A stretch of 64,000 nt of DNA, from positions 1 to 64,000 of the forward strand of contig AP039691.1 of the NCBI GenBank assembly GCA_051599415.1. Direction: 5' to 3'. The translations under genes were made by a program, and so were the position numbers. Each line of letters begins with the position of its first letter. Positions within the stretch are counted from its first letter, which is position 1. Below, piece by piece: positions 31,284 through 40,845 of the stretch. The notes under the pieces are model-generated. The model searched no databases. It was not told the DNA's origin and worked only from the letters and a program-made list of their open reading frames with translations. The DNA comes from Savitreella phatthalungensis. Lineage: Eukaryota.

Positions 31284-32318
31284 ATGAGCGATCCAGTCTC
31301 TCGACTGCCATCTATACAACGCAGAGCGATTTTCCGCACGCAAATCCATCATGAGCACGTCGAGCTACTTCACCAAGCTTCTTGGATCGTGATCCTGAGC
31401 ATTCTTGGGACTCTGACTAGACTAGGCTTGACCGCTCTCAGCGACTTTCCAGGACAGGTGATCCCGGCTGTGACATGGGCACAATTTGTGGGCTCGGCTC
31501 TCATGGGATTCCTCGTCAAAGACGACACTCTCTTTCCTCGGCCGCCGAATCGTCGTTATGATGCGCTGCACGTTGGTCTGGCTACGGGCTATTGTGGAAG
31601 CACGACGACGTTCTCGGCTTGGATGCTGCAAATCTACGAAGCGCTGTCTAATAGCATGAGAGCGCCTCATCGCGGTGGCTATAATGTCATAGCCCTGCTA
31701 TCGCAAGTTCTTGTGCAGCTAGCTGCCTCAATAGCAGCTTACAAGCTAGGCAGCCATACAGCTTATTGGCTACGAGAATGGAGGCCCTCCCTCAGACACC
31801 AATTCCCGGTTTTAGAAAATGGAGGCGATGCAGAGCTCGTCCTTGTTGCTTTCGTAACTGCACTAGCTGCTTGCTGTTCGGCTGCAGCAATTGTTGTCGC
31901 GGCTGTACGCCCAGATTGGCGAGGAAAAGCCAGCATAGCAATCACTTTGGCTCCAGCTGGAGCTTTGCTGCGTTGGCAAGTCTCGCGCCAGCTCAACGCG
32001 CGGCGTCAGGATTTCCCCGTCGGCACCTTTCTTGTAAACATCGTCGGCTCATTGCTCGAGGGCATTTTCTACCTCCTACAACATCATCCACGAGATAAGC
32101 TCGCTTGTGTGATGCTCCAAGGTCTCCAAGATGGCTTCTGCGGCTGTCTGACTACAGTCAGCACCTTTGTCGTCGAACTCCACGTTATGAGTCACGGCAA
32201 TGCATGGCGTTATGGTCTCCTGAGCGTTTTTGTCGCTGTCATTCTGCTCATTCTCGTCGATGGTGTTGACTTCTGGACAAGACAAGGGGCTTCAACCTAC
32301 GTGAAATGTTCGTATTGA
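31284..32318 (+). CDS. FEX1: Fluoride exporter with two CrcB/Fluc domains
   Basis: GTLTRLGL, TGYCGSTTTFS, GALLRW, GTFLVN, DGFCGCLTTVSTF. Confidence 0.92.
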   Translation: MSDPVSRLPSIQRRAIFRTQIHHEHVELLHQASWIVILSILGTLTRLGLTALSDFPGQVIPAVTWAQFVGSALMGFLVKDDTLFPRPPNRRYDALHVGLATGYCGSTTTFSAWMLQIYEALSNSMRAPHRGGYNVIALLSQVLVQLAASIAAYKLGSHTAYWLREWRPSLRHQFPVLENGGDAELVLVAFVTALAACCSAAAIVVAAVRPDWRGKASIAITLAPAGALLRWQVSRQLNARRQDFPVGTFLVNIVGSLLEGIFYLLQHHPRDKLACVMLQGLQDGFCGCLTTVSTFVVELHVMSHGNAWRYGLLSVFVAVILLILVDGVDFWTRQGASTYVKCSY

Positions 32319-32362
32319 TCGGGATCGTTATGCATTGGATCAGCTCGCTATGCGACTTCACT

Positions 32363-33571
32363 TCAGCCAACAGCGCGTCGTGAAAAAGCGATGCGCTCAA
32401 GCACCAGGCTTCGGCGGACGTAGAGCCAGCTCGTGGCTGCGCAGAGCATCATCCATAAGAAAAGCCACACAAATGAGAGGCCGTACGCGACATTGAAGGT
32501 GGCTCCCCACGTCAGGGCGGCCAGGATCGCAATGAACACGAGGCCACCTATGCCCCAGAACAATGTGCCGTGCCACATGAGGCGGCGGAAATGCGGGCTC
32601 GCGAGCCAGCGTGCGCGACAAGCTTCCCGCCATGGCCGTCCTTGCTTGCAATCAACCGCGAGGAAGTCCTCGACGACATAATAGACAAACGGCTTGATCG
32701 GCTCGCCTGCTCTATCGGACGAGAGCCGGAAAGGAGCTGGTAGGCCGTAGTCGATAGCGTCTAGCTGAACTCCCGCTTTGCCAGGCATGAGTGATAGGAA
32801 ACAAGCCGCACTTGCAAAGCCGACCACCATGCCTGGCGTCATGAGGAAGACCTTATAGAGTGGCCCACTTGGGAGAGAGGTCGCGACAGCATACGGCACT
32901 ACTCCGATGATGGTCGCTACAATATACCACCAGAAAAGCAGATCGAAAGCCGAACGTTTGTCGATCCCGCAGCCGTTGTAGACGCGAGGCCAGCGGCAAA
33001 GCCGATAGCCTCGAACTGGGAGCTCGAGCAACTCGCCTATGCCGACGGATAAGCAGGCATATCCAAGGACGTCCTCATCCGAGAGTCCTGTAGAGTCCTG
33101 CAGAATGTAGTATAAGATAAGGGGCACGGCAACGTCGAAGAAGAAGAGCAGCATAACTCCAAGGGCAATGCGATTTCTTCGTCGCCAAAGGTCAAAAGGC
33201 AGCGCCGGGAGGCCTTCCGACGATACGTTTTCGACCATTCGCTTTATCGCGAAGGATTCAACAGCTTCGAGCTCCAACGCAAGGCCCTCGTCGCGCGATT
33301 CTGCTTGATCATGTGCCAATGGCGCTGTTGAGACCACTGTCCGGTCTTCAGCCTGGGCGCCGACGGCTCCTATTGTAATAGTCTGCAGGGCAGATTCACT
33401 CCGATAGGCCAGCTGCCCAGTGAGCCTGCGAACAGGCAGTTCGCGCGGAGTCGTCGCTGTGCTCTGCGCATTTCCGGGATAACGCAAACTTCCGATCTCC
33501 TCATCAGCTACCGGCGGATTTGACAAGCCATCTCGAAGTATGTCCTCTGGATGGCGATCGCTTTCAATCAT
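32363..33571 (-). CDS. Uncharacterised fungal multi-pass membrane protein
   Basis: ORF of about 400 aa, disordered N-terminus, about 6 TM segments, YYVVEDFLAVD motif; start uncertain. Confidence 0.75.
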   Translation of the reverse strand: MIESDRHPEDILRDGLSNPPVADEEIGSLRYPGNAQSTATTPRELPVRRLTGQLAYRSESALQTITIGAVGAQAEDRTVVSTAPLAHDQAESRDEGLALELEAVESFAIKRMVENVSSEGLPALPFDLWRRRNRIALGVMLLFFFDVAVPLILYYILQDSTGLSDEDVLGYACLSVGIGELLELPVRGYRLCRWPRVYNGCGIDKRSAFDLLFWWYIVATIIGVVPYAVATSLPSGPLYKVFLMTPGMVVGFASAACFLSLMPGKAGVQLDAIDYGLPAPFRLSSDRAGEPIKPFVYYVVEDFLAVDCKQGRPWREACRARWLASPHFRRLMWHGTLFWGIGGLVFIAILAALTWGATFNVAYGLSFVWLFLWMMLCAATSWLYVRRSLVLERIAFSRRAVG

Positions 33572-35015
33572 CTGCTCTTTGGGCAAAACTATGCTCTGTC
33601 AGGACATGACGATGGCATGAAAATTGGAGGAGCTGTGAATGCGCGTCTGCTGTTCAAAGCGTGTCTCTCATCGGTGGGAAACGACCATTTAATCCTATGC
33701 GTATGAGGCCGAGTCTATCCCCGAAGTCAAGGTTTCCAGTTTCATCTCGAACGCTTGGCAACGGTACCCGCTGTGGGCCAAAATCGAGTTGATAGCGGCC
33801 AGATTTACCTTTCCGCTTTCCTAAGCGCGGATGTTGACCTCAGGGGCGTTCAAACCAATTTGAGTACTCGTAAAGAGACTAAAGTCTTTCCAGCCCGGTT
33901 GATTGCATGCATGACGTGGATCAAGAGAACAAAAATCCAGGTCCATAGGAATGCCTCCATAGGTCACACATTGAGTACACGTCGCAGAAGCGTCTAATTT
34001 AGTGCCATATGCTCAGAATTCTGGAGCCAATGATTTAAATGATAGCTCGGTCAACTTTTACAGTCCCACCTAGTTAGGTTTGCGCTATGTACGCTTTCTA
34101 CAAAATGTCCTACGGAAGATTGATTTCACAATATATTATCCTGAGATCCTTTTCCCTCGAGCACGCGACGAACAGGCGGAGCGCCTTGGTCCGACTGGAT
34201 GAGGATGGGTTGAGCTCTTATCACAGCGTCGCGACAGGCGTTCCAAAAGCGGTGTGAGGAGTGTGTGGCGTAGAGCCTGAGCGGACGGAGCGTTGAAAGC
34301 GTGAAGTCGTGCTGGCTAAGGTGCCGTGAATATGTCACAGACGGCTGTCTATCCTTCAAGAGCACAGGAGGCTCTTGCGACCGTGCGATGAGAGAAGTAG
34401 AATGCATGGAAACATTTGCATCTCTTGAATCGTTCAGTAGACGTCTAAGCCCATTTTTGTAGTAACTCTGCCTTCCGTCGCTGGACCATGAGACCTTCGA
34501 TAGCCTCGCGCGGACACTCGGGAAACGCTAGCGACAAATTGCCAGAGGTGCGTTTGTCGAAGATGACAAGCTCTGTTCTAGAGGCCACGACGTCGCGGTC
34601 GCGCTCATCGGTCAGTAGCGCGGCAGGCTCGTTCGAGGGATCCGACTGACTGGTCGCCGTACCATCCCTGATTCCCACCCCCGTTGAAGACCCCATCAAT
34701 CAGTCTCGTTTGTTGTACCGAGAGTTGCTTAGAGCTTGCGCAAAGACAGATTGGAAGTGTGCTGTTTCGGTCCACGTCTTCACGGTCCTGCAACAATATG
34801 TGCCCCGAGTTTGAATGTTACAATAGGACTAGCAGTAATTCAAGCGATATTTTTGGCACCAGTGGCATGATCTGGAATGGCGACTCTGTACAGATCGGCA
34901 TCACATTGGTTCAAGCTTGCTACTCGGAAAAGAGTCGGCATAAAAAGTCGAAATCAAGACGTGTTTTGTCTGCCACACTTGAGGAAGGGAGCGTTCCGCT
35001 CGCCAGCAGACAAAG

Positions 35016-36398
35016 ATGGGTGTTATATACGATCTCATGCTTCACCCAAGTGAAACTAGCGCTGTGCTGGAATACAAATTCTGGCGCCAGCCACTGCACA
35101 GACGAAACCCTGCAAGTGAGTCTGCTCAACTCCAACGATGCTACTACTTTCTCGACGAGACCTCAAGATCATTCGCGGCTGTCATCAAGGAGCTTTCCAA
35201 TGAGCTACGGGACGCCGTAATGCTGTTCTACCTGGTGCTTCGCGGGCTGGACACGATCGAAGACGACATGACGATTCCGCTTGAAAGGAAGTTGCCGCTT
35301 CTTAGATCATTCTATGAGAAGCTTGAACAGCCTGGCTGGACTTTCACGCAGAATGGCAAGGACGAAAAGGACCGTCAGCTCCTCGTTGAATTCGATGTCG
35401 TCATCGCCGAATACGGGCACTTGATGCCAGCCTACAGACGAACTATAGCCGACATTACAAAAGAGATGGGCTCCGGCATGGCGCATTACGCGGAGGCAGA
35501 CATCATAGTCGACACACTCGATGACTATGACCGATACTGCCATTATGTCGCAGGACTTGTGGGTGAAGGCCTTTCCCGGTTGTTTGCCAGCTCGGGACTT
35601 GAAGACAAATGCTACGCCGACTTGACGGATTTGTCCAATTCCATGGGCCTTTTCCTGCAGAAGACAAATATCATGCGGGACTATCGAGAAGACCTGGACG
35701 ATGGACGCGTCTTTTGGCCGAAGGTCATCTGGTCACGATATGCTGCTGAGATTGGGGATTTGGTGAGACCAGAAAGCCGTGCGGCCGCTTTAGACTGCCT
35801 GTCTCACATGACTTGCAATGCTCTCGAGCATGCAACAGATTGCTTGGTCTACCTCTCGGGTCTGCACAACCAGGCTGTCTTCAATTTCTGCGCTATTCCT
35901 CAAGTTATGGCCATTGCCACAATGGCTTTGTGCTTCCGCAATCCCGCTGTTTTTGAGAGAAATGTGAAGATACGCAAAGGACAAGCATGCAAGATGATCA
36001 TGCAGTCGAGCAATCTCCACTCCGTTACTGCTATATTTTGCAAGTATTCGCGTGAGATTCAACGAAAGAATCATCCGTCCGACCCCAACTACTTACGTAT
36101 CGGAGAGCTGTGCGGGCAGATCGAGGCATGGACTGCGGCACGCTACGGGTCCAGCCGACAATTGCCAGTAATATCGGACGGAAGACGAGACGACAATGGG
36201 GATCGAGACGCGCTTAAATTGATGCTCATCGTTGTGATCTTCTGGCTGACAGTCAGCACAATCATGCTTTTCGCAGCGCAAAGCATGGGCGCGCGTTTCG
36301 ATCTCGCTTGGGAAGAATTAATTACACAGCTTTCGCGGTTTCGTGCCTCGGCAACGCGCCCAGTGGCAGACAATGCAGCATACCGAGTAGAGCTTTAA
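35016..36398 (+). CDS. ERG9: Squalene synthase
   Basis: SRSFAAVI, LDTIEDD, YCHYVAGLVG, MGLFLQKTNIMRDY, FCAIPQVMAIAT, C-terminal TM anchor. Confidence 0.97.
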   Translation: MGVIYDLMLHPSETSAVLEYKFWRQPLHRRNPASESAQLQRCYYFLDETSRSFAAVIKELSNELRDAVMLFYLVLRGLDTIEDDMTIPLERKLPLLRSFYEKLEQPGWTFTQNGKDEKDRQLLVEFDVVIAEYGHLMPAYRRTIADITKEMGSGMAHYAEADIIVDTLDDYDRYCHYVAGLVGEGLSRLFASSGLEDKCYADLTDLSNSMGLFLQKTNIMRDYREDLDDGRVFWPKVIWSRYAAEIGDLVRPESRAAALDCLSHMTCNALEHATDCLVYLSGLHNQAVFNFCAIPQVMAIATMALCFRNPAVFERNVKIRKGQACKMIMQSSNLHSVTAIFCKYSREIQRKNHPSDPNYLRIGELCGQIEAWTAARYGSSRQLPVISDGRRDDNGDRDALKLMLIVVIFWLTVSTIMLFAAQSMGARFDLAWEELITQLSRFRASATRPVADNAAYRVEL

Positions 36399-36555
36399 GA
36401 TTAAAGCTAGCTATCTAGGGCACCAACGGATTCAATCAATCGAGGCACTATATTGTACATATTCACCTACCTTAGATATCGGCTAAGCCCATCGGGGTTA
36501 GATCATGGATGTTTCGGTCCGTGCGCATGTTACTGATCAATCTCGGTGCAGCGTG

Positions 36556-36562
36556 TATATAA
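36556..36562 (+). promoter_or_regulatory. TATA box of the U2 snRNA gene
   Basis: TATATAA about 30 nt upstream of the inferred U2 5' end. Confidence 0.6.
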
Positions 36563-36589
36563 GGGCGACGAAATCCGGACAAAATAAGT

Positions 36590-36793
36590 ATGTTCTTTTG
36601 CTTTCCGAAGCTTAGATCAAGTGTAGTATCTGTTCTTTTCAGTTTAATCGCTGAAACATCCCCAAGGGGATTGATTTTCGATTAACTAATTCTTGGAAAC
36701 AACAGCTGAGGGATTGACATCGTCGGCTTGCCGGCGACGTCGCTCACAGCGCTGGTGTCCTTGCCATTGCACAGTCCGGCTTGAGACGCCATC
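36590..36793 (+). ncRNA. U2 spliceosomal snRNA
   Basis: GCTTAGATCAAGTGTAGTATCTGTTCTTTTCAGTTTAATCGCTGAAA core, branch-point recognition GTAGTA at 36623-36628, Sm-like site, stem-loop IV with ATTGCAC loop; ends approximate. Confidence 0.95.
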
Positions 36794-36880
36794 CACATCT
36801 TCACTTTCCACATCTTTGATGCGGTCGCATCGCTGAGTATCAGCGATACAGCCATAACACAGTTGTGAAAATTGACAGAC

Positions 36881-38635
36881 TTACGAAGGCCTGAGCAGCC
36901 AGCCGCTCAAGCTTTTTGCTTTGTCGCGCGATGTTTTCGGCGCGGAAGGCAAAGGCGTGATATGAGAATCCCCTGCCGTCGCTTCTCGAATGGCGCGGGT
37001 ATTCAGACAATGCTCCACATGAGCCCAAACATCTATCTCTGTCTCCCGCAGTTGACGCGCGCAGATCGGGCATCGCGGGAGATCTTCGCTCAAATTGCGA
37101 TCTTCCTCGGTCGAGGTCTTTGATTCCCCTGTTAGCTTGTCAGGGAAACAGCTGTCAACCCTAGGTGATTTGCCATCTCGGGTTGCCTGATCAGCTCTTG
37201 TCAAGTTGAGCGTTGTGGACGGGTCGTCGTCCTGCTCGACATGTGAAGGCCTGTCCAAACGCTTGTGCGCGGCTGAGCTTAAGGAATCGAAGAAAGTCGC
37301 CGGGGACTTACGTTTTATGCGAGACAAGTGGGTGAGCCGAAGCCCCATGAGACGTACGCATATAGGAAACTCTTTCTCCAGCATGCAAATTGCATATGCG
37401 TAGAGGTCGTCCGCTTTGTAGCACGGATGCTGTAGGGCTCTCTGTTTCGTAATAACTTCATATGTGTCCCGCTTGAGCTTGAGGTGAATGGTCCGTCCTG
37501 CCCAGTCAGTGCGCTCGCAATCCTTTTGCAGATCCTCTGCAATGGTGCGCAATTTGACTCGCAAATCGTTTGGACTTGCCAGCTCTCGAAAGGTGGACTC
37601 GGTGCCGATACTTTTGCGACCGTCCTCTCCAGCGCCGCCAATTCTCGTCGGACCAATGCCGAGATAGACCTCCAGAAGAAAGCTGAATGTCTTGTGGCCC
37701 AGCACTTGTGATAATAGAGCTCTTTGACGATAAATATCTTTACATTTGCGAACCCCAAGCGCCTCCAATTGCCTCTCAAGGACTTTCCCGATGCCGTTGA
37801 CTTTTCGAACAGGGAGTTCGCTCATGAAGGCTATGATAGTCTTCCGGTCGTTTGCAAGAATACACTGACCATCAGGCTTATTGACATTCGACAGAATCTT
37901 CGAGAGGCGAGCATTGGCTGCTACGCCGGCGGAAACTGTGAGGCCTGTGGCACGGTAGATGGAATCTCGGAGATTTGCAATAGCTTCTTCGCGCGTCAGT
38001 TCCTGTCCAGCCAGCCAGTCGGTGGCATTCATATATGCCTCGTCGAGAGAGCCGGCCTGGTAGTTCGGGTCGACGCGAGCAAGTACCTGGCGAATCTCAC
38101 CGGCTTTCCGAGTGTATTTGTCAAAGTTCAGTGGGACACATACCAATTCTGGGCAAAGCTTCTTGGCGATATAGACAGGCATAGCGGAGCGCACCCCAAA
38201 CTTTCGGGCATGGTAATTAGCGGTCGTTAGAACGCCAGTACCAACTCCCATAGGTAAGTCTTTCAGCTCAGGCCGATCGAGCTCTTCCACGCTAGCATAG
38301 AATGCATCGACATCGACCGTCACAATAGTTTGCGAGAGATCGACATTCTGCTCGAGTTCTGCGATACGGCGGTCAATGGCTCTTTCAATGCCGGACAGGT
38401 CTCTCGACCGCAGTTCTTCAGCCTGCTTCAGCGTTCGCGCAATCCTGACTGTGAGTTGGGCGTCGCGCTTGTGCTCATTCTGGAAATACTTCGATCCCTC
38501 GCTCGCATCATAGATAATCTTGTTCACCTGCGCTTGATCCACTCCTTCCTGACCGGACTTTGCGACCGAAGGACCTGCAAGGCGCTGTTTCAAAGTGTTG
38601 TCATCGCGCGGATCGCCGCTTGCCAATGGCTCCAT
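36881..38635 (-). CDS. Y-family DNA polymerase kappa (DinB)
   Basis: N-clasp region, VDVDAFYASVE, TANYHARKFGVRSAMP, SLDEAY, C-terminal UBZ finger CPIC...HVEHCL; likely ATG at 38635. Confidence 0.93.
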   Translation of the reverse strand: MEPLASGDPRDDNTLKQRLAGPSVAKSGQEGVDQAQVNKIIYDASEGSKYFQNEHKRDAQLTVRIARTLKQAEELRSRDLSGIERAIDRRIAELEQNVDLSQTIVTVDVDAFYASVEELDRPELKDLPMGVGTGVLTTANYHARKFGVRSAMPVYIAKKLCPELVCVPLNFDKYTRKAGEIRQVLARVDPNYQAGSLDEAYMNATDWLAGQELTREEAIANLRDSIYRATGLTVSAGVAANARLSKILSNVNKPDGQCILANDRKTIIAFMSELPVRKVNGIGKVLERQLEALGVRKCKDIYRQRALLSQVLGHKTFSFLLEVYLGIGPTRIGGAGEDGRKSIGTESTFRELASPNDLRVKLRTIAEDLQKDCERTDWAGRTIHLKLKRDTYEVITKQRALQHPCYKADDLYAYAICMLEKEFPICVRLMGLRLTHLSRIKRKSPATFFDSLSSAAHKRLDRPSHVEQDDDPSTTLNLTRADQATRDGKSPRVDSCFPDKLTGESKTSTEEDRNLSEDLPRCPICARQLRETEIDVWAHVEHCLNTRAIREATAGDSHITPLPSAPKTSRDKAKSLSGWLLRPS

Positions 38636-38904
38636 ATAGGCTACGTACCAGAGATACAGGCAGATTGAGACAGCAGAACGCAGCTGACCGCCTTTGAAAT
38701 TGGCGCGACGATAAACCCGAAGCCTTACCTGTGGTGGCAAAGCATGCGTGGTCCTGACTGCTGCAGCACGCGTATGAACAGTTTACTCTCCATCTATACG
38801 TGATCATGTCCAAATGGCTCTAGCATGTGGAAAACAGTGTTGATCGATCGAAAATCCATTTAATGCAATTTCATCAACATCTTCGTTCAAATTGGCTTAC
38901 GCAG

Positions 38905-39882
38905 CTACTTGCGGCTACCATATGATTCGCCCTGCTTTTCCACGGTCTTGCCCTCGACGCGATTTTGCATCCGATCCCCGTCGTTCAGCTGATAGCAATT
39001 GATACCTACCATTGCCTCTCCCAGATTAGTAGACACTTCGACGAGTTTGTCGGCGTCCCGGAAATGTGTGGTCGCCTGCACGATGGCGGCGGCGCGTTGA
39101 GCGGGATTTCCAGACTTGAATACGCCCGAGCCAACAAACACGCCGTCTGAGCCTAATTGCATCATCAGGGCGGCATCAGCAGGTGTAGCAATGCCACCTG
39201 CAGCAAAATTGACCACAGGTAGTCGCCCGAGCTCCTTGACCTTGCGGACAAGATCTATTGGCGCCTGGATCTCCTTTGCGAAGACATACAGCTCCTCGTC
39301 CGACATATTCTGACAGCGACGAATGTCTGCTTGCATTATACGCTGATGCTTCACAGCTTCGATCACGTCGCCTGTTCCAGGTTCTCCTTTGGTGCGGATC
39401 ATTGCCGCGCCCTCGGAGATACGCCGCAGTGCTTCGCCGAGATTTTTTGCACCGCAGACGAAGGGAACTTTAAAAGGATGTTTGTGAATGTGGTTGACGG
39501 GGTCAGCCGGAGTGAGGACCTCCGACTCGTCAATATAATCTACACCACATGCTTGAATGATCTGTGCCTCGACGAAGTGGCCGATTCGGGCCTTTGCCAT
39601 GACTGGAATCGTCACCGCTTCAACAATCTCCTTGATCATGGAAGGATCGGACATACGTGCGACGCCACCTTGCGCACGAATGTCAGCAGGCACTCGCTCA
39701 AGAGCCATGACTGCGCATGCGCCGGCCTCTTCTGCAATGCGTGCTTCTTCTGCATTTGTAACATCGCAAATTACACCACCTTTGAGCATCTGAGCTAGGC
39801 CGGCCTTCACGGTCCAATTCTCAATTCCAGTAGCATCAACGCCGTTGGTGACAACATTGGTAGACTTGCTGACTCCGTTCAT
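38905..39882 (-). CDS. SNZ1: PLP synthase synthase subunit (PdxS/Pdx1)
   Basis: [48 protein letters not shown]. Confidence 0.97.
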   Translation of the reverse strand: MNGVSKSTNVVTNGVDATGIENWTVKAGLAQMLKGGVICDVTNAEEARIAEEAGACAVMALERVPADIRAQGGVARMSDPSMIKEIVEAVTIPVMAKARIGHFVEAQIIQACGVDYIDESEVLTPADPVNHIHKHPFKVPFVCGAKNLGEALRRISEGAAMIRTKGEPGTGDVIEAVKHQRIMQADIRRCQNMSDEELYVFAKEIQAPIDLVRKVKELGRLPVVNFAAGGIATPADAALMMQLGSDGVFVGSGVFKSGNPAQRAAAIVQATTHFRDADKLVEVSTNLGEAMVGINCYQLNDGDRMQNRVEGKTVEKQGESYGSRK

Positions 39883-40845
39883 GGTAGGCTAAATGACTCG
39901 TGTCGGTTGCTGAATGTCGTGAATTTTACAGACTCTATTCCATATGTCCGAATCGTCTGACTCATTGTGCTGATTTTCAATTTTGCCGCGCATGCATTTT
40001 GCGGAACTCCAGGACTGGCTCGGCTTGCATTACATTCAATCAAATTGGTGTATGATCTCGGGCCACATAGCTCCAATGTGCTGCAGGTTCTCATGTATGA
40101 CCCCGATCGACCTAAGAAGCATAGCTTTTTCCAAAGGGCTCTAAAGATCCGCCGACGTCGAATTCAGCTCGATGGAAGATCCGCACTGCATCAACGCCTG
40201 ACGTATGTGTCCCTGGTTCCGGTTTTAGATTTGTTCAGCACAAAGGTCATACGATCAATTACCAAATCTGCTTTTACGACCAGCCAAGATCTATACATCT
40301 GATATAAGCAGAAAAAACGGGACGAAAAGACAACCCATAACTTCCTGGACTCGATCAAAGCTATTGGAGCCAATCGTGGGATTGGCATCGCCGAGAACAA
40401 TCTCATCATAACATCCGAGACGAGCGTTCTGAGACCAAGGAGTGACTGCCTTATTAGAAAAACAATGCAGGGATGTCACGATGGCGCGGGCTACAGACTG
40501 AGCGCCATGCGGTATCAGGATCGCGTGTAACACCGTGTAGCAATGTGCACGATCGATTGTGAATTGTATGCGATAGATAAATTTGTTCTCTGAGGCTCGA
40601 TATCCGCCCCCACTGCACTATATATAGCAAAGATGTGTCGATATAATTTACTTTGGCTGCATGAATCCGAGTTGCTGAAATTCACCGAAGCTCAGCTGGA
40701 TTGCGGTCACGTGAGCGGTCGTCCCAGCAGCCAATTCCGCGACCACGGAGATTGATTGATTCAGGACATAGCCGGTCTTGTGCCTGTTCCGCACCGATAT
40801 GATCATACTAGAGAACCACGGTAAAAACACCCGCAATCGGCCTCG

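Noticed and set aside
36495..36502. GGGGTTAG as a possible telomerase RNA template or internal telomere seed
   Set aside because: Short, imperfect match with no supporting structure
40190..40630. Possible minus-strand box C/D snoRNA or other ncRNA (TATA, ATGATGA, CTGA)
   Set aside because: Boxes are far apart, with no recognisable rRNA guide or terminal stem; would need an Infernal or snoscan search
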